DNA of 64,000 bases from Myxococcales bacterium (lineage in GTDB: Bacteria > Myxococcota > Myxococcia > Myxococcales > UBA5297), in assembly GCA_031552145.1 (NCBI GenBank), contig JAVBMV010000005.1, positions 352,947 through 416,946 of the forward strand, written 5' to 3'. Position 1 is the stretch's first letter, and each line of letters starts with the position of its first letter. The translations under genes and the position numbers were made by a program. The notes beneath the pieces are model-generated. The model searched no databases and was not told where the DNA came from. It saw nothing but the letters and a program-made list of their open reading frames with translations. This document shows, piece by piece, positions 28,067 through 39,100 of this stretch.

Positions 28067-28624
28067 GTGGCCGTCTCTGACCGACAGCCGGAGCGACTGA
28101 TTCGCCTGGGGCTCATCCTCGGTCCACATGGGCTGCGTGGAGAGCTCTGCTTTCGCCCCGACTTGGCCGGCTCCGAGACCGTCTACGATCAGCACGAGCT
28201 CTACTTGACGAGTGGCGAAGGTCGCCCCGTTCTTTATGAGCTGGAGCGCGCGCGGCCCGGCGGCAGCTCGATCCTCGTGAAGCTGAAGGGAATCGACGAT
28301 CGCGAAGGTGCCGAGCGAGTCGGGCGCTGCGTGCTCTCGATCCCGCGCGACGCACTTCCAGAGCCGGAGGAGGGCGAGTATTACCTCGCCGACCTGCTCG
28401 GGCTCACGGCCATCGATCGCGCGGGCGAGCTTCTCGGGCGGGTAGAGTCGGTGCTGGAGACTGGCGCGGTGCCGGTCCTGGAGATTGTGAGCGCCGATGG
28501 AGCGCTCTGGCAGGTGCCGCTCGCGGCGCCATTCGTCGACGAGATCGATCTCGCCGGTGGACGCATCAAGGTCGAACCGGTGGAGAGGAGCATGCCGAAG
28601 GAACGAGAGGAGCGGGAGCGCTAG
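28067..28624 (+). CDS. rimM: 16S rRNA processing protein RimM
   Basis: GTG start. LIRLGLILGPHGLRGEL and a PRC-barrel-like C-terminus. Conserved position between rpsP and trmD. Confidence 0.9.
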   Translation: MAVSDRQPERLIRLGLILGPHGLRGELCFRPDLAGSETVYDQHELYLTSGEGRPVLYELERARPGGSSILVKLKGIDDREGAERVGRCVLSIPRDALPEPEEGEYYLADLLGLTAIDRAGELLGRVESVLETGAVPVLEIVSADGALWQVPLAAPFVDEIDLAGGRIKVEPVERSMPKEREERER

Positions 28625-28627
28625 CGC

Positions 28628-29353
28628 ATGATCGAGGTGGAGGTCATCACGCTCTTTCCCAGGATGGTCGAAGTGCCGCTCTCCGAGAGTCTGCTCGGAA
28701 AGGCACAGGCCCGCGGGCTCCTCAAGGCAACGATCACCGATCTGCGCTCCTATGCGCACGACAAACACCGTGTCTGCGACGATACGCCCTACGGCGGCGG
28801 CGCGGGGATGGTGATGAAGCTCGAGCCTCTGGTCGAGGCGATCGAGAGCGCCCGCGCGAGGGCCCCAGGCGCGCGGGTGATATTGATGGGGCCCAGAGGT
28901 CGCACTTTCGACCAAAGCGAGGCGAGACGGCTTGCCAGCGCGGGTCCTTTGGTGCTCATCTGCGGGCGGTACGAAGGGGTCGATGAGCGGGTGTTGGCGT
29001 ACATCGATGAGGAGCTCTCGCTGGGCGACTTCATCATGACCGGCGGCGAGTTCGCCGCGCTGGCCATCATCGATGCGGTGACGAGGTTGGAGCCCGGTGT
29101 GCTGGGGAACGTGGCCAGCGCCGGGAGTGAGAGTTTCGAAGAGGGGCGGCTGGAGTATCCGCAGTACACCAGACCGCCCGAGTATCGGGGAGCAAAGCTC
29201 CCAGAAGTGTTGCTCTCGGGCGATCATCAGCGGATCGCTCGGTGGCGCCGGGCCATGTCTTTGAAGGCGACGCGAGACAGGCGGCCCGATCTCTTCGCGA
29301 AGCTTGCGTTGTCGGATGAAGACCGGAAGCTTCTCGAGCATCTTCCGGAATGA
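28628..29353 (+). CDS. trmD: tRNA (guanine37-N1)-methyltransferase TrmD
   Basis: ITLFPRM...[14 protein letters not shown]...[13 protein letters not shown]...[11 protein letters not shown]...YPQYTRP are hallmark TrmD motifs. Confidence 0.95.
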   Translation: MIEVEVITLFPRMVEVPLSESLLGKAQARGLLKATITDLRSYAHDKHRVCDDTPYGGGAGMVMKLEPLVEAIESARARAPGARVILMGPRGRTFDQSEARRLASAGPLVLICGRYEGVDERVLAYIDEELSLGDFIMTGGEFAALAIIDAVTRLEPGVLGNVASAGSESFEEGRLEYPQYTRPPEYRGAKLPEVLLSGDHQRIARWRRAMSLKATRDRRPDLFAKLALSDEDRKLLEHLPE

Positions 29354-29365
29354 AGGAGTGGCGAA

Positions 29366-29731
29366 ATGCGTAACAAGATTCTCGACATGGTGGAGTCGAA
29401 GTACCTTCGCACCGACTATCCCGAGCTGCGCGCTGGGGACACGGTGCGCGTCCATTGGAAGATTCGCGAGGGTGGCAAGGAGCGTGTCCAGGCCTTCGAG
29501 GGCCTCGTGATCCGCCGCACCAACCGCAATAACCGCTCTATGTTCACCGTCCGCAAGGTGAGCTACGGCGTGGGGGTCGAGCGCCTCTTCCCCGCGAGCA
29601 GCCCCCGCTACGAGAAGATCGAAGTGCTCAGCTCCGGTCGTGTCAGGCGCTCTCGCCTCTTCTATCTGCGCGGACTGCAGGGCAAGGCGGCGCGCGTCGA
29701 GACGGAGCGCGACGTGCAGGTCAACAAGTAA
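29366..29731 (+). CDS. rplS: 50S ribosomal protein L19
   Basis: [33 protein letters not shown]...[17 protein letters not shown] is canonical bL19. Confidence 0.95.
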   Translation: MRNKILDMVESKYLRTDYPELRAGDTVRVHWKIREGGKERVQAFEGLVIRRTNRNNRSMFTVRKVSYGVGVERLFPASSPRYEKIEVLSSGRVRRSRLFYLRGLQGKAARVETERDVQVNK

Positions 29732-29768
29732 CTTCTTTCGGCGCGTGCGAGCTCGCCGCGGAGAATAG

Positions 29769-31781
29769 ATGCTCCTCCAAGAGCTGACGGCCCGCTCTAT
29801 TGGCGGGCTCTCTCCGGAGCTCAGGGTGACCTTGAAGGATGGGTACAACGTACTCGTCCCGCAGGGGACGGGTACGCGTTCGCCGCTCCCCGAGCTGCTC
29901 GACGCGCTGCTCTACGGCGCCACCTTGGAGAGCGGACTCGCCACCGGCGAGGGCGCGGGCGCCGGCCTCTCGCTCAGGGCTCCCGACGGCTCGATTTGGC
30001 ACTTGGCAATGGAGCTGGGTGGGCGCCGCGCGCTCTACCAGCTGACGCCCGGTGGAGAATGGTCTCTCGCCTCGGGTGATGAAGCGGCCATCGGCGGCTG
30101 GATCGCCTCCTCTGGGGTCGTTCCGCCGCGCATACTCTTCAGGGAGCTGCTCTGCACCCGCGAGAGCGAGTTTCCGTCGCGCGCGGAGTCTAGCGCGCCG
30201 GCCCCGCGCGCCGCCGGAATCTCCGGCAGCTATCCGCGCCCGCCCAGCGCATCGGGTGCCAGCGCGCAACAGCCCCCTGTTGCCGCCGGCAGGCCCCGGT
30301 CCCTCCCGCAGAGCGCTATCGTCGAGGCAGCGCTGCGCGATGCCAGGCGGGGCAAGTCGGCGCTCTCCGAGAGCGAGCGGGCAGCAAAGCTCGAGGCGCT
30401 CAAGGCGGAGATCGCCTATGGGAAGAACCTCGATTCACTCCAGTACCGCATGGAGGGGTTGCTCCGCCGCAACTTCGACTTGGAGAAGTCGCTCGCCGTC
30501 ATCGGGCGCTTCGAGGAGGCCGCGCGCGAGGCCGAGGCGCGGTGCAAGGAGGGCTTCTCCTTCGAGTCGCTGGGCTTCTCGTCCGACGCGCTCGAACGCG
30601 CGGCGCATTACGACAACGCCCAGCGGCAGCACGAGAAGAACCTCGAAAAGTTGGCCGACGAGCTCTCCGACGCGCGCTACCAGGCCGACCGCGCCAAGCC
30701 GCTCCCCGCCGGAACGCGAACGCGCCTCTTCTTGTTTGGCGCCCTGGGCCTCGCCGCGCTCGCCACCGGCATCCTCTTCTTCGGCACGCCGATCGCCTAT
30801 CTGGCGCTCCTCGCAATTCCCGCCTTCGGCTATGCGGCCTGGCTGGGGATAGAGTGGGTCTCGGAGTGGCAGCATTACGAGGTGTTGGGGCGGAAGCGGC
30901 TCGTCGCGCAGGATCGCGAGGAGAAGGCGCGCGCCGCCTTCGATGCCGAATATTTCGCGCTGCGCTCGGCGATGCGGAGCGCGGGGGTCTCGAAGGGGGC
31001 CGAGTTCATCGGCCTCTACCAGCGCCAGCAGGCCAATGAGGCCGAGCGCGCGCGCGCGCAGAAGGTCTTGGAGACGGCGCTCGCAGATCCCTCCTTCGTC
31101 AAGGCGCGGGAGGAGCTCGAGCAGAACGCCGCCCAGATCGCCTCGCTCGAAGCGGAGCTTGCCTCGGGCGGCGTCGCGGCCATGCGCGACTGGCACGAGG
31201 CCGAGCGTGAGCTCGCGCAGCTCCTCGGCGACGCTCAGGATGACGAGGAGGCTCTCGAACCCAGCCCAGGGGCCCCGACTCACCCTGAAGGCGTGGCGGC
31301 CGCTGGCCTTCGCATCTCCGAGCAGGCCGCGGCTGTCGGCGCTCGACAGAACGCCATTCCTCGGTTGCTCGCGCGCGCCAGCGAGGCGCTGGGACAGTCG
31401 CGCTTCGACACCTTCACGGGAGGTCTGATCGACCGCGCCGGCAAGTATCTCAACGCGCTCTCCGACGGGCGCTTCTCGGGCGTCGACATCGAGGGCAGCG
31501 GGCGCGCGGTGGCGCTCAGCCGCCAGCAGAAGCTGGGGCCCGCCGAGCTCGATCGGCGCGACTACGATCTGCTCTATCTCTCCGTAAAGCTGACGGTGCA
31601 GGAGAAGCTGGCGCCGCGCCTTCCTTTCCTGCTCTTCGACGAGCCCTTCATGGGCTTCAGCGAGTCGAAGTTGCAGCTCCTCAGCAAGATGCTCAAACAC
31701 ATCGCCACCAGCACCCAGGTGCTCCATGTGACGGCGCAGCGCCAACACCTGAGCCTGGCCGACGTCGCAGCGAAGCTATGA
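29769..31781 (+). CDS. SMC/Rad50/YhaN-like coiled-coil protein with degenerate Walker A and two central TM helices (670 aa)
   Basis: The N-terminal head pattern L..L.......L.....v.l..GyNvLv is followed by PQGTGTRS where GxxxxGK[ST] is expected. There are long Glu/Ala/Arg-rich coiled-coil regions. The central hydrophobic pair is LFLFGALGLAALATGILFF / IAYLALLAIPAFGYAAWLGI. C-terminal Walker B/D-loop FLLFDEPFMGF. Confidence 0.7.
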   Translation: MLLQELTARSIGGLSPELRVTLKDGYNVLVPQGTGTRSPLPELLDALLYGATLESGLATGEGAGAGLSLRAPDGSIWHLAMELGGRRALYQLTPGGEWSLASGDEAAIGGWIASSGVVPPRILFRELLCTRESEFPSRAESSAPAPRAAGISGSYPRPPSASGASAQQPPVAAGRPRSLPQSAIVEAALRDARRGKSALSESERAAKLEALKAEIAYGKNLDSLQYRMEGLLRRNFDLEKSLAVIGRFEEAAREAEARCKEGFSFESLGFSSDALERAAHYDNAQRQHEKNLEKLADELSDARYQADRAKPLPAGTRTRLFLFGALGLAALATGILFFGTPIAYLALLAIPAFGYAAWLGIEWVSEWQHYEVLGRKRLVAQDREEKARAAFDAEYFALRSAMRSAGVSKGAEFIGLYQRQQANEAERARAQKVLETALADPSFVKAREELEQNAAQIASLEAELASGGVAAMRDWHEAERELAQLLGDAQDDEEALEPSPGAPTHPEGVAAAGLRISEQAAAVGARQNAIPRLLARASEALGQSRFDTFTGGLIDRAGKYLNALSDGRFSGVDIEGSGRAVALSRQQKLGPAELDRRDYDLLYLSVKLTVQEKLAPRLPFLLFDEPFMGFSESKLQLLSKMLKHIATSTQVLHVTAQRQHLSLADVAAKL

Positions 31782-32200
31782 GTGGAGCAGAGAGGGCGCC
31801 GCATCTCGTGATGGGCGAGCGCGCCGAGCAGCTCGCCTCGGCGCACCTGAGCGCGCGCGGCTATGCCCTGCTGGAGCGAAACTACCGCCCCAAGGGGAGC
31901 TCGGGCGAGATCGACCTCATCGTCGAGCGAGGCGTGGAGCTCGTCTTCGTCGAGGTGCGCTATCGCCGCAGCAGCGCCTATGGCGCCCCCGAGGAGACGG
32001 TTCGGCGCGGAAAGCAGCGGCGCATCCTGCTCGCGGCGATGGAATATGTGGCAAAGAAACGGCTCGCCCGGCGCGCCATCCGCTTCGATATCATCTCGAT
32101 CACCGAGGGCACTGGAGGGCCGGAAGGCCCTATCCTCGAGCACTTCGAGGATGCCTTCGACGCCGATCTCCCCATCGGCTCTTTCGTCCCCTTCGTATAG
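31778..32200 (+). CDS. yraN: YraN family (UPF0102) predicted endonuclease, 140 aa
   Basis: GERAEQLASAHLSARGYALLERNYR...GEIDLIVERGVELVFVEVRYR matches the YraN PD-(D/E)xK-like core. ATGA overlap with the preceding gene. Confidence 0.85.
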   Translation: MSGAERAPHLVMGERAEQLASAHLSARGYALLERNYRPKGSSGEIDLIVERGVELVFVEVRYRRSSAYGAPEETVRRGKQRRILLAAMEYVAKKRLARRAIRFDIISITEGTGGPEGPILEHFEDAFDADLPIGSFVPFV

Positions 32201-32208
32201 AGGTGCGC

Positions 32209-33066
32209 ATGGCTGGAACGCTCTACCTGGTCGCGACGCCCATCGGGAATCTCGGCGATCTCTCCGCCCGCGCCATCGAAGTGCTGCGCGGCGCCGCGCG
32301 CATCATCGCCGAGGATACGCGCCGGACCCGCATCCTGCTCACGCGCTTCGATATCCAGCGCCCGCTCGTCTCGATGCCCGCCTTCCGCGAAGGAGCGCAG
32401 GCCGATGGCATCGTCGCATGGCTTGCGCAGGGGGAGGAGCTGGCCCTCGTCACCGACGCCGGCTCGCCCGGCATCAGCGACCCCGGCACGTTACTCGTGC
32501 AGCGCGCTATCGCGGCGGGCGCAAAGATCGTTCCCATCCCGGGGCCCGCGGCCTTCGTCGCCGCCCTCACAGCCTCCGGGCTCCCCACCGACCGCTTCTT
32601 CTTCGCCGGCTTTCTGCCGCGCAAGGGGAGCTCTCGCGAGCGCGCGCTCGCGCAGCTTAGCGCGCTCGACGTTACGCTGGTCCTCTACGAATCGCCGGAG
32701 CGGCTCGCCGCCACGCTCCGCGAGCTGGCCCAGCTTCTCGGAGCGCGCAGGGCGGTCGTGGCGCGCGAGCTGACCAAGCTCCATGAAGAGCTCGTGCGCG
32801 GCACGCTCCCCTCACTCGCCGAGCATTTCGCGGAAGGGGCGCGCGGCGAGCTCGTGATCTGCATCGCCCCCCCAGAGGCAATGAGCGGCGGCGAGGAGAC
32901 GCTCGCGCTGGACGATGACGCGCTCAGAGAGCTGCTCCGCGAGCGGCTCAGTGCCAGCGAGCTTTCCGTGAAGGATCTCGCCCGATCCATGGGGGAGGAG
33001 CTGGGGTTGCCGAGGCAGCGGCTCTATGCGCTCATTCTAGAGCTTCGCGATAAAAACAACGAATAA
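32209..33066 (+). CDS. rsmI: 16S rRNA (cytidine1402-2'-O)-methyltransferase RsmI
   Basis: GTLYLVATPIGNLGDLSARAIEVL...IAEDTR...SDAGSPGISDPG...IPGPAA are tetrapyrrole-methylase-fold RsmI motifs. The ATG at 32209 (the track starts at GTG 32203). Confidence 0.9.
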   Translation: MAGTLYLVATPIGNLGDLSARAIEVLRGAARIIAEDTRRTRILLTRFDIQRPLVSMPAFREGAQADGIVAWLAQGEELALVTDAGSPGISDPGTLLVQRAIAAGAKIVPIPGPAAFVAALTASGLPTDRFFFAGFLPRKGSSRERALAQLSALDVTLVLYESPERLAATLRELAQLLGARRAVVARELTKLHEELVRGTLPSLAEHFAEGARGELVICIAPPEAMSGGEETLALDDDALRELLRERLSASELSVKDLARSMGEELGLPRQRLYALILELRDKNNE

Positions 33067-33081
33067 TACATATAAAGTCGA

Positions 33082-33109
33082 TTGACTGACATTCCGGGCC
33101 AGAGATAAC
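33082..33109 (+). promoter_or_regulatory. Possible sigma-70-type promoter in an AT-rich spacer upstream of the giant gene pair
   Basis: TTGACT (33082-33087), a 16-nt spacer, then GATAAC (33104-33109). A second TTGACG is at 33113-33118. The 87-nt spacer is ~40% GC in a ~69% GC context. Confidence 0.25.
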
Positions 33110-33147
33110 CTGTTGACGATTTTTTATTCTCTTGCACGAGGTCGTCA

Positions 33148-36100
33148 ATGGCGACTAGTCCTCACTATTTGTGGTCCAGCAGTAGGCGCTCCAGACTATT
33201 TGCGTTCCTCGCTACGCTCGGCTCTCTGCATACATTCGCGGGCTGCGGTAGCTCCGGCCCGGCTCATTACGCCGAGCCCCCGGTCATCGAGTCTTTCATC
33301 GCGACGCGCTCCCCCGTGAGCGCTGGAACAGCGAGCGCGCTCATCGCCACCTACCGTGGCGTCTCTGCGGTCGTCGATCAGGGGGTGGGCGAGGTGGCCA
33401 GCGGCGCGCAGGTTGCCGTGCTGCCGCGAGAGACCACGCGCTACACGCTGACGGTCATCGGCGAGTCGGGCGAGACGGCCACCGCCGAGGCAACCATCGA
33501 GGTGCTCGAGGCGCCTCACGTCCCCACCATCGAGGCCCCACAGTATGTGACGGCGAACCTCTCCGGCTATGTGGCCACGGTCGAGTCGCGCTCCGGGCTC
33601 CGCTATGACTGGACCATCGAGGGGGGCACGATCGAGGGCGCCAGCTCGGGCGCGTCGATTGCCTTCTCCGCGGGAGAGGTCGGCTCGCTCAGACTCGGCT
33701 GCACCGCGACCGACGCGATGGAGGCGACCGCCACCTCCTCCTTCACGGCGCTGGTCGTGGCCAGCCCCGCGTCCCCCGTGCTGAAGCGCCCCGCCTTCGT
33801 ACAGGCCGGGAAGAGCTATGGCGCCAGCGTCGAGGCGCCCATGGCCGGCGTCCTCTATGCCTGGAGCATCGAAGGGGCGCAGAGCGCCACGGCCCAGGGG
33901 AGCAGCATTACCTTTACGCCCAATGGCGTCGTGGGCGGAGAGGTCCGCTTCCGCTGCATCGGGACCAACCAGGCGGGGACCGAGGGGCCAGCGGGTCTGG
34001 CGACGAGCGCCATCATCGAGGCGCAGCAGGCGCCGGCGCTCACGGCGCCGGCCTATGTGACGGCCGGCCTCCCCGCCGTCGCGTCGGTCACGAGCCCAGA
34101 CCCATCGAGCCGCTACGCCTGGAGCATCGAGGGAGGGACGCTCGAAGCCGTGGAGGGAAGCAGCGTCACCTTCACACCCACCGGCGCCGCCGGCTCCAGC
34201 GTCACGCTCACCTGCGTCGAGACCAACGTCGCGGGGAGCGAGAGCCTGCCCGGCACGGTCGGAAGTCAGATCGTTGCACCGCCAACTGCTCCGACAATCC
34301 AGGCGCCACTCCTGGTCACTGCCCTCGGCGCCTATAGCGCCAGCGTCGCCGCGCCCGGCGCGCAGACCACCTACCACTGGACCATCGAGGGCGGTCAGCT
34401 CGCGAACGACTCCGGCACCTCCGTTACCTTCGTGCCCACGGGCGCGGCCAAGAGCGAGCTGAGGCTCACCTGCGTCGAGCGAAACAGGGCCGGGCACGAG
34501 AGCGCGGCGGCGAGCGCGGTGGCGCTCATCGTTGCGGAGCCGCTCGCCCCGACCCTCGCCCTGCCACAATTGATGACGGAGCACCTCGATTACTCCGCCC
34601 AGGTCGTGGGACCCAACCCCGCCAGCACCTATACCTGGAGCATCACGGGCGGAACGCTGAGCGCGACGAGCGGTACCTCGGTCACCTTCACGGTGGGGGC
34701 GGTGGCCGAGGGCGAGGTGACGCTTGGCTGCGTGGAGACGAACGAGGCGGGGAGCGCCGGCAGCGCCGGAGTGGGCGCGGGCACTATCGTGGCGGCGCCC
34801 GGGAGGCCCACCATCTCACTGCCGCAGCACGTCACGGCGGGGTGGGGCACCAGCGCGAGCGTCGTCACTCTCTCGGGAACCAGCACCTACTCTTGGACCC
34901 TCTCGGGCGGGAGCACCTCCAACACGAAGGGGCCTACCATCTCCTTCATCCCGACGGCGCTCCCCGGCCAGACGGTGACCCTCTCCTGTGTCGAGACGAA
35001 CCTCGCCGGCACCTCGGGGGAGCCCGGCACGGCGGCGGCCATCGTCGTCGATGGCTCCCAGGCGCCGGTGCTGCAGCTCCCGCAGTTCGTCACGGCGGGG
35101 ACGAGCGCGACCGCGACGCTCCAGAACAGAGTGCACACCAGCACCTATGCGTGGAGCATTCTCAACGGCAACATCGACAACGAGAGCGCGAGTGGCGTCA
35201 CCTTCACGCCCAACGGCGCGCCGGGCGAGGTGGTCATCCTCTCTTGTGTCGAGACGAACCAGGCGGGCAGCGAGGGGATTCAGGCAACCGCGCTCGCCGC
35301 GATCGTCGCACCGCCGCTCACGCCAATCGTTGGCGCCCCAACCTTCGTCGTGCCGCCCAATGCTTACGTCGCTTCAGTGCAGAACTATGTGGGCACCAGC
35401 ACCTATGAATGGGCGCTCACCGGCGCGACGCCCACCACGCACACCGGCGCCCAGGTCGACTTCGCGCCGACCGGCTCGGGTGGCACCAGTGTCACCATCA
35501 GCTGCACCGAGGTGAACCAGGCGGGAGAGCGCGGCACGCCCGCGGTGCTCCAGGTCCCCATCGCCGGTAGCTCCGCGGTCCCAATTGTCGCCGTCGCGCC
35601 CTATGTGACGGCGGGCATCGCGAGCAGCGCCCTGGTCCAGAGCCCTGTTGGTTCGAGCACCTACCATTGGGGCATCGCGGGGGGCGACCTGGCGAGCAGC
35701 ACCGGCACCAGCGTCAGCTTCACGCCGGCGGGTCTGCCCGGGACGAAGGTCGACCTCTCCTGTGTCGAGCGGACCGTCGCGTTGGAGGAGAGCGCTCCGG
35801 GAGTCGCCTCGACCCAGATCGTCGCCCCTCCGGTGGCGCCGGTGCTGCACGCACCCGAGCACATCACCACCGCGCGCGCCTTCAGCGCCTCGGTGCAGAG
35901 CCCGGTCGGCACCAGCAGTTACGAGTGGACCATCGAGGGGGCGCTGCCGGCGAAGGCCTGGGGCCCCAGCTTCACCTTCACGCCGACGGCGGCGGCCGGA
36001 GAGCAGGTGAAGCTCACCTGCGTCGAGACGAACCGCGCGGGTACGGTTGGTCCTGCAACCGAACGCGTGAGCAGCGTCGTCGGCGCCCCCAGGCAGCCCG

Positions 36101-39100
36101 AGGTAGAGCTCCCGTTGCTCGTCACGGCGGGGCTCTCGGCCGAGGCGAGCGTGAGGGAGCCGGTCGATGGGAGTCGCTACACCTGGTCGATCCGGGGCGG
36201 GACGATCCCCTCGCCCGAGGGCCAGTCGGTCACCTTCACGCCCACGGGGGCCGCCGGGAGCACGGTGACGCTCACCGCGGTCGAGGCGAACCTCGCGAAC
36301 AACACAGGGGCTCCAGGCTCCGCCGTCGCCACCATCGTGGCGGCGCCCCAGGTACCGCTCATCGGGCTCCCCAACAAGGTGACGGCGGGGAAGAGCTATA
36401 CGGCCTCGGTTCAGAACCCCGTCGCCGCGAGCACCTACCATTGGAGCATCACCGGAGGCGAGCTCGCGTCGACGAGCGGCCTCTCGGTCTCCTTCACCGC
36501 GGGCGCGGGGGGCACGCTCATCCTCACCTGCACCGAGCGCAACCAGGCCCTGGCCGAGGGGAACCCCGGCACCGCCTCGGCGGCCATCGTTGCCGCGCCG
36601 GTGGCGCCGCTCATCGTCGCCCCCTCCGGCGTGCTCGCCAACAAGAGCTATGTGGCCAACGTCGCCAACTGGGTCGCCTCCAGCACCTATCGCTGGACGC
36701 TCACCAACGCGCTGCCCGCCACCGCGCTCGGGCGCGAAATATCGTTCAAGGGGCAGGGGGCCATCGGGCAGATGGTGACCCTCACCTGCGTCGAGACGAA
36801 CGAGGCGGGGAGCGACGGCCCCTCCGCGTCGCTGCCCATCCCCATCGTGGAGCTTCCGCCCTCGCCCGCCATCGATGCTCCGCTCTACGCGACGATTGGC
36901 GCCGTGGTTCAGGCGCGGGTGCTCGGCCCGGAGCCGACCAGCAGCTATCGCTGGACCATCACCGGTGGCCTGCCAAACATCGCGAACGGCACAGAGGTGA
37001 GCTTCCAGGTAGAGAGCCCAACCGCCGTGACCCTCACCTGCGTCGAGATAAACGGGATGGGGATCGAGGGGAGCCCTGGCTCGGCCTCCGTCATCGCGGT
37101 GGCGCCCCCCGTCATCCCCGCCATCACGGCGCCCGCCAAGGTAACCCAGGGTAGGCAATACACCGCGAGCATCGCCGCGCCGGTCTCTGGCAGCACCTAT
37201 GGTTGGAGCATCGCCGGTGGATCGCTCGTTACCTCCGCCGGTAGTTCGGTGAGCTTCATCCCCGCGAGCTCCGGCACCGTCACCCTCACGGCCGTGGAGA
37301 CGAACAGGGCGGGGACCGTAGGTGCCGCGGGAAGCACCCCACCGCGTCCCATATTGGATGAGCCGGACGCGACCATCTTTGCCCCTGCCGGTGTTCTGGA
37401 GGGAGAAGTCTCGAGCGCGGATGTCTTCGAGCAGAGCGGCATGACCTACCAATGGACGGTCGATCATGGCGCGCTGAGCGGCTCGACGAGCTACGCGGTC
37501 GCCTTCACCCCGGCGTCGGCCAACCGGCTCACGTTGGGCTGTACCGTCACGAACGCGGCCGGCGACAGCACTACGGGGTGGACCGAGGTGGAGATCTGGC
37601 CGCGCCAGTCCACCACGATGCTCGACGAGCAGGCCGTTCAGCTCTCGGTGGGGTTCTCCCACTCTTGCGTCGTCTCGCGCTCCGGCAAGGTGCGCTGCTG
37701 GGGTTCGGACGATCGCGGTCAGCTCGGAAACGGCGCGCCGCTGGAGCGCAGCCATATCCCCCTGGAGGCGAGCGGGATCACCGGCGCGACGGTGGTGGCG
37801 ACGGGTGACTATCACACCTGCGCGATTCTCTCTGGCGCGGTCAAATGTTGGGGCGCAAACGACAAAGGGCAGCTCGGCAACGGTCTTTCGTTGGACAGCG
37901 CGACACCCGTCGCGCTCCCCTCGCTGTCGAGTGGCGTCGTGGCGCTGGCGCTGGGCGGTGAGCATAGCTGCGCGCTCACCTCGGCGGGTGGCGTCAAATG
38001 TTGGGGACGCAATGATCATGGGCAGGTGGGCGACGGAAGCAACGTCGATCGCTCCTCGCCGGTCGATGTCTTCGAGCTCACCTCAGGCGTGAAGGCGCTC
38101 GCGGCGGGCAAGCAGCACACCTGCGCGCTCATGCAGAGCGGGCAGATGAGGTGCTGGGGTGCCGGAGAGGGTGCCGATGCGCTCACTTCCGCCGCTATCG
38201 CCGGCTTCGGAGCTGGCGATGAGATCGTCGGGATCGCTGCCGGGAAGTTTCACACCTGCGCGCGCTTGCGCTCGGGCGAACTGAAGTGCTGGGGCGACAA
38301 CAGCCTGGGGCAGCTCGGTGACGGCACCGCCATCCGGCGCGTCACCCCCACATCCGTGCCGACGCTCGGCAGCGGCGTGACCGCCATCGCCCTGGGGGCT
38401 GGGCATACCTGCGCGGTGACGCGAAACAATGGCGTCAAATGCTGGGGGTATAACAGCGAAGGACAGCTCGGCGCGGGGGGCTCCAATAACTCCAATACGC
38501 CTCTCCAGGTGGTTGGGCTTGGAGCGGAGATCGAGTCGCTCGACGCTGGGGAGAAACACGTCTGTGCGCTCACGCGCGCCGGCGCCGTACTCTGTTGGGG
38601 CAGCAACGGCTACCTTCAGTCCGGGCGCCCGGAGGGCCAGCTGGGTGATACACCGCGCCACGTCGCGAGCCAGGCAGGCGGAGTGGAGCAGGTGGCCGTC
38701 GGAGGAAACTTTGCCTGCGCGCTCACGCTGGCGGGCGGGGTGAAGTGCTGGGGCGGCAACCAGTACGGCGCGCTGGGCCTGGGAACGTTGGGCGGTCAGA
38801 CGGACGGACCCACGGGAAGTGTGATTGGACTCGAGAGCGGCGTCGCGTCTGTCGTGGCGGGTGCCACGCATGCCTGCGCGCTCATGAGCAACGGGGCCGT
38901 CAAGTGCTGGGGCGGCAATACCTATGGAGCGGTCGGAGATGGCAGCACGGTGGATAGGCCTGCTCCCGCGCAGGTTACGGGTCTCACCTCCGGCGTCGCG
39001 GCGATCGCGGCGGGCAGTGGATTTACCTGCGCCATGACGACTGCGGGCGGCGTCAAGTGCTGGGGCATGAATAGTGCTGGCCAGCTCGGAGTCAATGCTT

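Noticed and set aside
28013-29848. 611-aa minus-strand ORF
   Set aside because: It lies antisense to the unmistakable rimM-trmD-rplS genes.
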